A stretch of DNA of 63,997 nt, counting the filler, from Basidiobolus ranarum (lineage: Eukaryota): the NCBI GenBank assembly GCA_040143965.1. It is 7 parts of 7 records of this genome, joined end to end, with 100 filler letters (N's around TTAATTAATTAA, not from the genome) between each part and the next. Parts side by side here need not be neighbours in the genome. Positions count along the whole stretch, not along the records: positions 37,193 to 46,381 come from JASJQH010007739.1; positions 46,482 to 55,662 come from JASJQH010007740.1; 5 more parts are not named here. One strand, given 5' to 3'. Every line of letters starts with the position of its first letter. Position 1 is the stretch's first letter. Under the pieces are notes generated by a model. It was not told the DNA's origin. It did not search any database and was given only the letters and a program-made list of their open reading frames with translations. The position numbers and the translations under genes are program-made. Below are positions 37,193 through 51,600 of the stretch, piece after piece.

Positions 37193-40100
37193 GGACTTAC
37201 CCTTAGATTTTGTTCAACTTTGTTCCAACTTGCGGGAAATCAACTTGAGTGGAAACGGTTATAAATACGTTCCAAGTAGTGTTCGACATACACCAAAATT
37301 GCTCCGCCTTGACTTGTCAAATAATAGTCTTAAAGAGATTGAATCTGCTCAGTTGCATTACGCCAGAGAGTTGACGGATTTAAATTTCTGCAACAACCGT
37401 ATCAATACGATTCCCCGGGAATTCGTTGAGCTTACCACATTAGCATGTCTCAATTTATCGAACAACAAGTTTACTGAGTTTCCGTTGGCTATCTGCAGTC
37501 TAATAAGTTTATCCGTTCTAGATCTGTCGATCAACAAGATCCCTTCTATCCCTGATGGAATCGCAAAGTTAGTACACTTGGAGCACCTTTGCCTCGCCTC
37601 GAACACAATATCTGGCTCGCTTCCACAGGCTATCAGGTCATTGGTGAATCTGAAAGAATTAGACATCCGGCAAAACAAGATCTCCGATTTGGAAGCTTTA
37701 GGATCTCTTCCGAAGCTCGTAAAGCTATTGAGTGACTACAATTCATTATCAAATATCAACACTAATTTTCAAGCGTTGGAGAGTCTTAGTTTGAGCAAGA
37801 ATCATCTCACCCAATTTACCTTATCGTGTGTTTCCGACTCTCTTGTCGATTTGAATCTTTCTTCTTGTAAATTAGCTACGCTTCCACCTGACTTATTCGA
37901 AGGACTTGCCAGTTTAGAGCGCTTAGTTATGGACAATAATCATTTTGTTTCGATTCCCGCTTCGGTCTGTTCACTCTTGAAACTGAAATATTTTAGTTGT
38001 ACGGACAACCAACTGGCATCGTTACCTTTGGACCTTGCCCGACTTCAAGAATTGGAGATGATCGATGTTCATAACAACAATCTAAAGTCCCTTCCTACCC
38101 AAATATGGTGGTGTTCCAAGTTAACATCCCTTAATGTTAGCTCCAACATCCTGGAAACATTTCCTCACCCAACTTTAGCACCAACCTCGTTTCCCAATGA
38201 AACAGACACCAAACTAGACGAGGAGCAAGATATTCAGAATATCCCGCCACCATTATCTCTGTGCCTTCGTAATCTATACTTGGGAGATAACCGACTTACG
38301 GATGAGATTTTCCTTCCGATTAGCTTCCTCACGGAGCTACGGGTGTTAAATGTCTCATTCAACGATATATACGACATCCCACCCAATTCTTTATTTGATT
38401 TAGTAAATTTGGTCGAGTTGTATATTTCTGGTAATCAACTGAGCTCATTACCAATTGATGAAATCGAACGTCTTCGGAACCTTAAAGTTTTCCATTTGAA
38501 TGGAAACAAACTTCAAACTCTTCCTGCTGAACTTGGGAAAATTCGACATTTGCAAGTATTAGATGTTGGTAGCAACAATTTGAAGTACAACATTACTAAT
38601 TGGCCTTACGATTGGAATTGGTATGATTTTGATCCCGTTATAAGATGTATCCCCATCCTCGTTACTACTCCTCCTTCTCTTGGTTTATTTGATTGTAAAG
38701 TGAATTAACATGAGTTTTATTTCTTGTTAGGAATTATAATTTGGAGTTGAAGTATCTCAACTTGTCAGGAAACAAAAGACTAGAGATCAGAAACAATCTC
38801 ACCGAGTTCGATAGAAATCGCGAGAGAAATCTTACCGATTTTAGTGCTCTTTCGGATTTAAGAGTTCTAGGATTGATGGATGTTACCTTGATGGTTGGTG
38901 TTCCGGAAGAAACTATCTCTCGTCGTATACGAACATCCACTTCAGAGGCCAATCGAATGGGATACGGTATGGCCGATAGTTTAGGCCCCTGTGGACGACT
39001 ATGCGCGTGGGATCTAGCAGTTCCTAGATTTAGAGGATCCGATAAAGAATTCCTTTTTGGATTGTTTGATGCCAGAAATATCGAAGATGGAGGATGTAAA
39101 TTCTCTCAATATTTAAACGATTGGTTTGCGTTTCATTTTGATACGGAGCTGAAGAAACTCCCGGGTAATGATATGGTGGAGAACGCCTTACGTCGTACTT
39201 TCCTCAGTCTTGAAAAAGAACTGGGAGCAATTGCAATTAGTGAAGGGAAAAAGGGGGGAGCTACTGCGGTGGTTGCTTATATCAATGATCATACATTATA
39301 CGTAGCAAATGTTGGAGATACACTCGCTGTTGTATCTCGTGGTGGTAGAGCTCGACTCATTTCTATGAAACATATTCCTTGGAATCCAGAAGAAATCAAT
39401 CGTATTCGTGATACAGCCGGTTACATATCTTCCGATGGACTTATTGGGGGGAAATTGGATGTTTCGAGAGGGTTTGGTTTCTTTCCTTTCCTTCCGGCCA
39501 TGAATGCCAACCCATCTATCGAAAAGATTCAGCTATCCGAGCAAGATGAATTCATTATTATGGCCAGCAAAGGACTTTGGGATCACATTTCCTATCAAAC
39601 CGCTGTCGACATTGCGCGTACATCCCGTAACGATCTGTTGGTTGCTGCTCAGAAACTTCGGGATTTTGCTATAGCGTATGGAGCTAGAGTCAATATTGTG
39701 GTGATGGTCATTGGAGTGAGGGATTTGTTCAAGAAAAAATCGAAACCCGGAAACCGGTATTATAATCATACTACTGGTGGAGGTTTGTTCGGTTTCGCTG
39801 ATGATGGAGATGAGACCAACCAAGGATTTAAAAAAAACCGACGTGGAAAAGAAGAGCTACCAGGAGATTCGGTTTGTTCATTTACCATCATTGATTTAAT
39901 CATTTCAATCACTCATTCCATGTTTTTATTGTAAACCAGACACTAGCACGTCTTGGAAGAGAGGTTCAACCACCTGTAGGCCAGGTGGCTCTTGTTTTTA
40001 CCGATATCAAGAACTCCACATTTTTATGGGAAACCATGCCCGAAGCTATGCAATCGGCCATTGGGATGCACAATTTGATTATGAGGAGATTGCTTCGAAA

Positions 40101-41112
40101 CATTGGCGGATACGAAGTAAAGACTGAAGGAGATGCCTTTATGGTCTCGTTCCCTACCGTTACGTCGGCATTGTTCTGGTGCCTCAATGTTCAAATTCAA
40201 TTGTTACAAGCGGACTGGCCTCAAACTATACTAGAGTGTGAGGACGGAAGAGAGGTATTTGGGCCTGGACTTACAAATGAGCTACTCTATCGTGGTCTTT
40301 CGGTTAGAATGGGGATTCATTGGGGTTCACCAGTATGTGAGGCTGACCCCATTACTCAGCGTATGGATTATTTTGGACCTATGGTTAATCGCGCAGCTCG
40401 AATCTGTAATTGCGCGGATGGTGGGCAAATCTTTGTTAGTTCGGATGTTGTGACGGCAATTAAAGAAGTTATGGAGACCGATGACACATTTGAAGAGGAT
40501 CATCCAGATAAATCCCCTGGACCACAGCTAGCCAGTGATGAATTAGCCCTCCAAAGGCTTGGGATTTTTATCGTGGAAGTTGGTGAACAAAAACTGAAAG
40601 GCTTAGAAAATCCCGAAGTTCTCTCTATGATTTTCCCCAAGATTTTGTCAGGTCGTATTGAATTTTGGAAAAAAACACAAAATCCTACCGTACAGATATA
40701 TGAACCAAATATGTCTCAGACCATTGACCCTAGTTTAGTGCGCTCTTTAGGCTATATATGTCTTCGTTTGGAGCGGATTGCTGCTGACAATATGATTCTA
40801 TCGAGTCGTAGAACCTCTAGGCTTTATTATTTAAATGGTCTTTTGGCCTCACATATCCAAGATAACGCCGACGATCAAGAGCTACTGAGGATCATGGAAG
40901 GCTTAATCTCTAGAATCGAGAACGCCTTTTCCACGATATATCTTGAAAAGATCCGCCCAGTTGCTAATATTATTGATGAAGTGCTAGGAAGTCATGATAA
41001 TGATTTTAGTCTATTGGACTTAGAACAACTCAAGCTGGTGCTTCGAGCGTATCAAGCAGCACTTTGCCCTGTATCCACTCACCTATCAGCATATCCAGAT
41101 GATGGACTGTGA
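37193..41112 (+). CDS. CYR1: Adenylate cyclase (LRR + PP2C-like + class III cyclase), 5' end missing
   Basis: Many LRRs, NWPYDWNW, PP2C LYVANVGD, cyclase VFTDIKNST / YEVKTEGDAFMV / DYFGPMVNRAAR. Confidence 0.96.
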
Positions 41113-42482
41113 TTGTCGTAGCGTCTTCATCTCAGCCCAAATTAACCACTCCACGCCTTTTCTCATAATTGATTTTCACCACCCCCAAGTTCTTCGCAAA
41201 TGATTTTTTATTCTTGTAATATCACAACCCTCGAAAGTAGTCATCTCTATACTTCAACTGGCCAACCCTCTCGAGTCTTTCTACTCATTGTACATTTCTT
41301 CTAGATCTAGAATCTGTGTCATTTCATTATCTATTACCTTATAATTATAAACATGAGCAATGAAATCCACTATTATACACAATGCTTCCTAATATTCCCA
41401 AGAACGTAGAAGGCATTGTTTTGATGTGGGATAATCTCATGAGATTGGCGTTCTTTCAAATATCCACATGTTAACTCTTATTGGTTTGCTTATATGAAAG
41501 TAGTAGCCACTTCATGCTATGCCAACCTTGATATAAGGCGTTTTTTGAGACCTGGAGCACTGCTGTTAATAAGTTGCAAAATTAGAACTTATCTTGGGTA
41601 GTTAATTGGTTAAGTTCAACAACAATCTACCAGTTGTATATTTTTGTATGAAAGAACACCAACTCAATTTTGGCTTAAATTTAGTTGACCCATTTAATCA
41701 GCTTTAAACATGGCCAATGATTCCAGGGATCGTCCCAATGCTGTGATCCTCGGTAGTACCAATTGGATATGGGAATCCCGCGGCATTAACGAAGGAAATT
41801 ATCTACATCAACTTAAGGAAATTATCCAAATACGATACCTATATTTAGCTACTGCAACTTTATCTCCATGATTCATGCTTAATGAATGTGAGGTGGGGTA
41901 GCTTCATAAAGCTGAATCTAACCTAGATCCTTCAAACTGATTAGAAGCCACAGGTAATACTCGATCTTGGCCTCTGGAAGGTACCTGAGTATTGTTTAAA
42001 TGTCTCTCGATTTAATTCATTTACAAAGCGATGTTGGTGTATTCAAGTACATTGTATGAACGGAGTCTCAGATCTTGGAAAACCCCAGAACCTACCATCC
42101 AAGTGAGATCAATTCCTTGGTGCGTTGTTTCCGAAGCTACCAAGGAAGAGATTAATGATGATTGTTGCTGGATGACGATCAATGGTTAGTGGTTAATGGT
42201 TAATTGGATGTTATTTTTTGAGGCTGATTCAAACTCATGTAGTTGGGCCTATCAAATCACTCCTAGTTAATTAGCAGAAAATGGTTGCAATATCGCCCAA
42301 AAATATGCTAAGAACCACGGAAATATTTCCAGAGTGATTCATTCCGGACTGCGTGTTTGGCTAATGCCGCATACGTTGGTCCTCTAAGATTCTTGGCTTA
42401 CAATATTCCAGTAACAATTCATTAATTCCTTCGCTAAAATGGCGGTTAATCGAGGAGATTGGACAAGGATCATATCATATAG

Positions 42483-43298
<816 letters not shown>

Positions 43299-44714
43299 AT
43301 AGTTCAGTCTGTTGTAGTAGTAATCAAGTTGATTAATCATATTCCCCACTGATAGTACCCCCCTCCCCCAATGCTTGAATTACCTAACCATAGGGGGTGG
43401 AATGGGAGAAGTTGATGCGAAGCGGATCATCAACCTATTGAAATTCCAATCTTTCCCGATCTCCCCTTCCACTTCTAACCTTCGCTGTACATTTATTCAG
43501 CTCTTGCTCCTCGCTCTGTCATTTGACAGACTGTATTCTAGTACATCGCCTACTTGATTACCAATCGTTCTTAAACCCAGATGATTCATTCAGAAACCGA
43601 AGCCACCTGAACAATAAAATAATGTATTTTACTTCAATCATACTTCTGCTTGATGATGATGGTATCTCATTTGGTAAGAACATGTGGTTTTGGACTATAA
43701 TACATGGTCTTGGTAGATCAGAGTTAGCCCATGCATGCAATGAATCTGAATCCCCGTGTACATCCATTCTCTAACATTTAATATAACAAAGCGATCATTC
43801 TGCTATCTACTCTATAAACCCAGTTCATTTAACCTAGCCTGTTACGTAAGTAATTGACTAACCAATTGTGAAGTTTTAGAAGGTCAAGACCCAATAGAAT
43901 AAGGAGTATTATGCACACCAAATGAAGATCCATTTGAGTGATTACATAATCCACTCAGAGATGGAAAGGGGTCAAACAAGGAATTAATGACCCCATTGAT
44001 TACACAAGCTTCATCGGTGGCTGGATTTTAGGAGTACTTTGCACGATCCACTGAGAATCGAGATTATCTAATACATTTGACCAGGAGAATTGATTTCGAT
44101 TTGATTCAATTCAACTAAATACTGGCATACTGAGCTTTCAATGATGATTGTGACAAATGTATAGAACAAATTAATTGATAATTGTTTCTGTTCATCATCT
44201 TACTCCTTAGTAGTGCATTCCCTCGGTTAGTGGTAACTCCTTTTTCATGAGTGGATTTTACAATTCTTTTTAGAATACTATTTATATATCAATCACACTC
44301 ATTCACTAGTGGGCATCACTATTCCTAATAAACAATTATTGTCATGATATAAGCATTTGGGCTTTTGATGGTTTAATTACCGTATACTTTCAATACTAGA
44401 TAAAATGGCTCAGATAGAGTCTGGTTCAATCACAGAAATGTAATCTATAAAATGCTCCACTATCTCATCCATTCCCAATACAATCCATATTCTTTTTTAT
44501 ATTGACCAGTTTTAGCAGTATAATTTCAAGTGAATGTTGATTAAAATTCGGTTTAACTTACTGCTTAACCAAGAGTCATGTAGGAACTTCAAATGAATGG
44601 TATATTTAATAATGAGTAAACATATATTATGATTGCAAGTAAAATTAGATTCATTTCTAGGGAATAAATTCAACAAAAATAGGGAATATTTAGGTCATGG
44701 AATGAATAAACTAT

Positions 44715-45074
44715 CTAAATCTTGGGGAATTCATCTTGTAACTCTTGAGAAAGTTGCTCAGTACATACAGCAGTCACTATCTCATTACCAAATCCATGAG
44801 AGATATTACCAGTACATGGAATGTTGGAGGTGGATGGATTCGGTTGTGAATCTAATGATGGCTTTGGACTCTCCAATGGTGATTTTACATCATGATTGTC
44901 AGATGAATTTGCTCCAGTATAGTCACGCACTTCACGTTTCTCAAATACCTCATCGCCATAAGTCCAATCTTCATCCCAGTATCTGGTTTCATTCTCACTA
45001 ATTTGTGCAGCTAAGGGAAAAGCGTGAACATATTTTAAGAGTAAAAATAAAGATAGAAAAGAAGAATATTTCAT
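44715..45074 (-). CDS. Small secreted orphan pre-pro-protein (119 aa)
   Basis: Signal peptide MKYSSFLSLFLLLKYVHA|FP, acidic pro-region ending EKR, two Cys. Confidence 0.6.
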   Translation of the reverse strand: MKYSSFLSLFLLLKYVHAFPLAAQISENETRYWDEDWTYGDEVFEKREVRDYTGANSSDNHDVKSPLESPKPSLDSQPNPSTSNIPCTGNISHGFGNEIVTAVCTEQLSQELQDEFPKI

Positions 45075-45694
45075 GGTATCGATGAAAAATACTCTATGAA
45101 ACTCAATCCATTTTATACACTTGAAAGGGAAATTCTCCGAATTATCCTTCGGTGTTTCCTTACTGTGACCTTCATCTTGGGGTCGTGTACAATGGCATCT
45201 CTTGAATAACTCCCCCGCCTTTTCTTTAAGGTGGTAATTTACTTGGAAGTGGGGCTCTATTCATTCTAGCCTTTGTAATATGCAATGCATATCAGTCTTA
45301 GATAATAGCAATTGTGCAATGGCATGAGCATAAATTTACGATGAAGATGCTTAGAATCCAACCCATCACAGAATTCACACCTAGCATTGAATTCACAGTT
45401 TAATAAACATCTCCTACCAAAGAACAAAATAGAAACTCCCACCAAAAAAGAAGTTCAAGAAAATCAAGTATATATTTGACAAATACTTCAGAAACTACGG
45501 GAAAGAAACAAATCATGGAGGGAATTTCCAATGAGATGCGTGTGGTGAATGAACTAATCGATTGTTGAAAGTGTGGAAATAAGGACAACCATCATTTCAT
45601 TGTAGTGTGAAATAAACTCCGAACTGGTTTCTATTCCATGGATAATAAAGAAATACATGTGAATTAGATGGTAGGTCAACTTGTCTCGTGGGGT

Positions 45695-46381
45695 CTAATT
45701 CATGCATCCAGAGCAGCTAGATTTCATTCCACCCGAATTACTGTTACCATCTAGTTGTACATTGTTCGCCTGGTTTGGATGGAAGTTTTGCTCGGGTGCG
45801 GTATCCAACATCTTCTTTTTGATTTCTCTGTTAATAGAAGGTTGGTTTACTTATAGAAAAGAATGAATACACCAACTCAAGATAACTATACCTAGCCAAA
45901 CTGTAGAATGCTTCTTCAACACCAGCTTTGGATTTAGCACTGGCTTCAACATATTGAATTCCATACTCTTCAGCTAATGCTTCACCTTGGTCGTGTGTAA
46001 CAGCCTGGTTGTTGATGATGTTTAGCAAGAGAAAAACTATGTCCTTCCGATAATTTATATAAAATAAACCTTACCTTTTTATCTTCAATATCACATTTGT
46101 TTCCAATCAAAATTTTAGATACACCCTCATTAGCATGTTGTTCAACATTCTTGATCCAGTTACGAACATCTGTGAAGAAGAGTCAAGAAAGATACACGCT
46201 CCACTATGAAAAAAAGGGAAATTAAACCATCAGAAGGTAAAGGATACTGTTGAAAGAACGTTCATCGGTAACATCAAATACTACGATGATACCCATGGCA
46301 CCTCGATAATAGGCTACAAAAAATAATATATCATGAGTTAATTAAATCTATTCCAATTTCACTGCAAAATGAACTTACCAG
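45695..46381 (-). CDS. Rab8/Sec4/Ypt2-like GTPase, 3' part
   Basis: [63 protein letters not shown]. Confidence 0.92.
46170..46247 (-). other. U12-type GT-AG intron (78 nt) in the Rab gene
   Basis: 5' splice site GTATCCTTT, branch-like TTTCTTGAC 12 nt before the end of CAG; splicing gives AAC A|AT GTT CGT (NNVR). Confidence 0.85.
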
Positions 46382-46481
46382 NNNNNNNNNNNNNNNNNNN
46401 NNNNNNNNNNNNNNNNNNNNNNNNNTTAATTAATTAANNNNNNNNNNNNNNNNNNNNNNNNNNNNNNNNNNNNNNNNNNNN
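46382..46481. other. Artificial contig linker
   Basis: 100-nt block of Ns with central TTAATTAATTAA. Confidence 0.99.
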
Positions 46482-46870
46482 GATACGGAAAACGTATCCT
46501 TTGAATTCATCACCGAGAGAATCTCCGGGGACTTCAGAGGACATACGTTTATCGTAGAAAGCACGACTATATTTAGAGAATCATTGGTTTAAGATGATGA
46601 TCCATGGATGATTCAGATTATACAACGTGCACTTACACCTTACGCTCATCGTCGATTTCGATGGTTTTTTGGCAGCCAGTGGCTGGATTAGCGATGTTCA
46701 ACTAATAAAGAAAAATTAAATATTAGGAAGGACAATTATGGTGCTCGAATGAATAGAAATATAGGAAACAATAAACTAAATTATTTCTCAAGGTCAATAC
46801 AGCCTAGCTAACTATAACATGTAACGAGCGCAGTGTATATAAAGTTGGATGGATCCCTAATTACCTTCAT
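46482..46870 (-). CDS. RPS6: 40S ribosomal protein S6, 5' part (exons 46865-46870, 46637-46701, and about 46566 down to the linker)
   Basis: Manual splice [52 protein letters not shown]. Confidence 0.93.
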
Positions 46871-48668
46871 ATTGGATGCACAGAAAACCCGTTGAACGTG
46901 CGTGAAAGAGAAGGACCTCCTCCTGAAATTTTTCCTTTTTTTATTATGCGATCCAATTTTCGCCAATTTAGGGCTATTTAATATCACCCTATTTCGGATC
47001 GAAATTAAATTACACCAGCATTTTTTTTCTTTAACATTATGCCATCGGGACCCCCTACCATCAATCTGCAAAAAACTAGTAGTTACTAACTATTTTCCCA
47101 GCATCACTTTCGCGAGCATCCAAGTCGTGTGGATAAGCTAGCGCGGCACCCTGCTAGAAGACAAGTTCTTGATTTTGTAGACATAGCATTGATTCAGATT
47201 TGATCTATGTCACGTGATCTAAACTGTAGTTTCAGCATCGAATATGCCTTATGTTTGAGTTTAATAACCCGTTGCATTTTCAAGAGCTTGAATTTCTTGC
47301 AAGTTCCAAGGGCCAAGTATGCTGGTATGAAACATGAGAGCTTTTGCAAGCTTCCTGGGTTTGAAACAATGAGAAATACATAAGTGGTTAGAAGCTAAGA
47401 TTACAGATCTGGTTGGTGTAGCAGCAGAAATATAAGGATCATACATTCAGGGTGCATATACGGCCATTAATTATGAACCTGAGTTCAGGTGTCATTGTTA
47501 TTCATCTTCTACTCAATATTCTTTTCCACCCAGTTTGGACTAGAACTTGTGCAGTATATATATCCATTGGCCCAAGTGGCGCTTAAATGAGAGCCCTGAA
47601 GCCTGCTGAAGCTCACGTGTTGACTATTCTTGACAGATCTGAATGCAAAATCACGTGTTCACGGATCAACTTGTTACCATGTTGATTCGAAGGATCTAGA
47701 TCCAAAGGTCGATATATACATCTTTTGTAAGATGCCCCAGTAACCACCATTTCACCTATTTTTTACGCAAACCAGGAGTTGCTCAACGTGGCTCCAATTA
47801 GTATTTTAGCTTTGAATCTGGCTTTACTCTATAGATGATGACATGTCACATCGATCACGGCTTGATTTGAAGGTGCGTCGATAAAGCATGTCAACCCAGT
47901 TATGAGGCAATTTCGTAGAGAACGTCGTTATTGTGCATTCCATTAGCTGATATCGCACGTTCAAGATCGTGGGTGTGGGTTTCATTTGATGCCTTAATAT
48001 TAGGACTGCAATCACCCAGTGCCTATGGGCTTACGATAGAGGCCATCGAGTGACCAATTACATCACATTTCTCATGGCGCTTGCATAGAGTCTGAACGTG
48101 TGAGAATGTGCATCTGGCCACATACATCGCCACAAGAAATCCATATCAGTCCGAGTGAAGATTTGCCTGCAGTGGATCTCATTTGCTCTTACATATTTTG
48201 GGGAGAAATATATTTCAATTATAAACAAGCTTCCATGTGTTCTATGCCCCCATTGGTGATTGGATGGCTATAAGCGATTGTAGTAATGATTATCTATTAG
48301 TATGTGTATTCCTAAGGAATATGTAAGGAATGCTTAAATTTGTCGGAGAAAGTATGGACTAAGCGGACATTATGGTTTTTGAGTAATTTAGATTCAAACA
48401 TTAATATGTATTTAAACAAGTTAGAAATCTCGTTCATTAAGCAAGTCGTGTTAATACATAATATAGATAGGTTATATATATATATGGTATAACATTCTTT
48501 AGTTTTAAGATTTTCATGAGTACGGTCACACGAAATGTAAGTATCAATTTTGTGATTAATGGATTAAAGCGAGAGCGAGATGAGTATCTCTTCCTCACGT
48601 TATTTGAGTTGTAACTAACCGAAAAATTTCCTCCTCTAATAAAGACCAAGTTGTCTGAACACTGTATA

Positions 48669-51600
48669 ATGGGCAGTTCGCCGCCGTCACCACTGCCACC
48701 ATACTATAATTTAGTGGTACCACAAGAAAAAAATTTGCAACTTCCTTCACCTTTATATCCTTATTCCTTATCACCTCTTGACCCTACTCAAGAAACTCCA
48801 AATACTGAATCCAAGGATTATTTTACCCATAGCACTTCAGAATCTACAAAGACTACATATAATAGTCCACCACTTCCACCACGGCCAACACGGAGTAGCC
48901 AGGGTAGTATTGATTCATATAAAGAGCGCTATATATCTTATAATGATCATGCCAAGTTGACCAACGATTCAGCAACTCATTATTCGAACATTCCGCCTGA
49001 AGAAAGCCAGGACACTTCGAGAAAAGATTCAACACTATCGCGTAGGTCAAAAATAACGGGACACAGAAGACCAGTTCCACAACTACCACCAAGATCTTTG
49101 AATTCCAAGTGCAGTAGTGATGCTTCCCCTTCAACAGTATACAAGACTATTCCACAGGGAAATCATTCTATCCCTGAACACCGAAATTCTCCCCTTTACA
49201 AAAGACCAGTCCCAGCAATTCCTACTGTTCGGTCTGTCTCTTTAGATACTCAACAGGCTCAAAATATCTCCTCCACTCAGAGTGACTTGACTGCCTACAA
49301 CCACCCTTGTTCAGATAAAGTGGAAGATTCTACCCCAAAAGCCTCTCCTTCCCTCGTATATGATACTTTGAACAGCAGGAAACCTCGACACGAGGTAAGA
49401 GCTTAGTAACTTAAACTTGAGTTGATTTACTAGCATGGAATTATATTTGCTTCTTCGATTAGTTCATATATTGATGTACTGACTTGTTCATCTTTATTTA
49501 AAGGAAAGAGTGCATCAACCGAGTAATATTCGTCCCCAATTGCAACCAGGACCTTCAGCAAAGCCATTAGCAAATGGTATTGGTACCCAACGACACAGTT
49601 CACTACTCTTAAAATCCCATTTAAATGCGAAGATGAGACCGCATACATATCGAAAGGTATCTTTACCTGAATTAAGCCAACACCCATATAATAAGGTAGA
49701 TATAAATGGATGGAGCCCCGAACGTGAGAATGCTTCTTGGAACGAAGCAAAGAAATCAAGCAATGGATTGGAACCTGAGCCAATATCTAACGAAATCAAA
49801 GAAGCTTTCACATCTGCAGAAAGTTCTCCAACATCTACTACTTGCTCTACACCTCAAATCACTCCAGCATTTGTTGGTAATCTGGAGACCATAAAGGATG
49901 TAGATTCTGATATGAATTTAACTACTCACCTTAGGCATTTAATCAGCATGGACAATGTTTCTCTAGCTTCGGATATGTCCAGTGATGAATTCAGTTTAGC
50001 CACTTCACTCTGTGACAAAGAGTTCAAGGACTTGGATGAAACCTCTAGTATACACGCGGAGAATACGATACTTCACGACCAAGAAAATGACGAGGCTTCA
50101 ATTATCTCTCAAGACTCGATTAAGTCGGATGATGTTTATAAGGCTTCGAGAAGCTCTAGTTTCAGTTCGTTGTCCAGAGAATCCGAATCTTCCAGAGAGC
50201 CTAGAAAAAGCTATGAGACAATATCCGAAAATGTTCGTAATCCATTTTCAGATCCTATTTCTTTTATGTTTATACTAACCGTGCTCTTACGAAATAGTCA
50301 AGATGCTGGGTAAGTACAGTTTCACTAGATATTGTCCAGTATTTATCGGAGGACGAGATTAAGCGACAGGAGATTATCTTCGAAACAATTATACAGAAGA
50401 GGAGTATTTAGCTGACTTGAAGCTAATCGAGAAGGTATTTCATTGATATCTCATTTCCATAAGATATCGGGAGTACTTACTAGTTTTCTGGGGATAAAGG
50501 TGTTTCTGGTCCCACTTAGAGAGAAGAAAATCATCAAAAAGGACCGAGTAGATGCATTCTTGCAACAGCTCTTCTCTAATGTAAAGGAGTTGGAACTGAT
50601 TCACAGCAGAATTGTCGCAGCTTTAACTGCTAGACAAAATGAATCGTCGGTAGTGAGTGACATTGGAGATATTTATTTGAATGAGGTCAAGTCAATGGAA
50701 GCTTATCTCGAGTACGGTACCAATCTGATCATGGCTCAACGGGTTCTGGACAAAGAAATGACAAAAAATCAGAAGTTGATCAAGTTTCTGCAAGTAAGTG
50801 GCATTGTTGCGAACGATGGCTGAATATAACATAAGATGATCTCATACATATTTCATCTAGGAACAAGAAAGAAATCCAGAGACAAGAAAGTTAGATTTGA
50901 AAAGTTTCATGAATAGACCCACTACTCGTTTGGGAAGATATACTCTTTTGTTTGAAAGTATTCTCAAGCACACTCCTGAGGATAACCCCGATAGTAACAT
51001 CCTTAGGAACGCTATGGAAGGAATCAAAGACATTCTTAAGAAGATCAATCTAGAGGCAGGGATTATGGATTCAATGTTGCGAATGCGCGACCTGACCGAC
51101 CAGATAGCCTTCAAATCTGGTGAATTCCAAGTTCGTATTATCCATTTCGCACTCATCAAGATTGTTTGTACTGATTGGTAATCAATGTGCTCTTGGATTG
51201 AATAGGACCTGCAATTAAACGACCCAAATCGAAAGCTAGTTCGTGAAGGGCAGTTTAAGAGTACTGGAAACTCATTGCGCGTATTTCTCTTCGACCACGT
51301 ATTTTTACTGGCCAAGGAGAAAAAGGGATCTAATGGGCAAGTAGTCTATCGCGTCCACGGAAGGGTAAATACCTTTTTAACACTAAGCCTGGCTCTTCTC
51401 AACAATGGTCTAAATTGATATTCTTTCGCTAAGCCCATTCCACTGGAATTGCTTACTTTCAATGCGCTTGACTCTGATTCACCTACGATGGTTGAATCAG
51501 CAAAGTCAGGTTTCCCATTTTGTTTCACGCATATAGGCAAACGTGGCTCTACTTATACCCTGATCGCTTCCTCTCCCGCAGACAGAAAACAATGGATCGA

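Noticed and set aside
46493-46502. Perfect U12 donor GTATCCTTT on the plus strand
   Set aside because: It is the antisense of RPS6 codons AAA GGA TAC (KGY).
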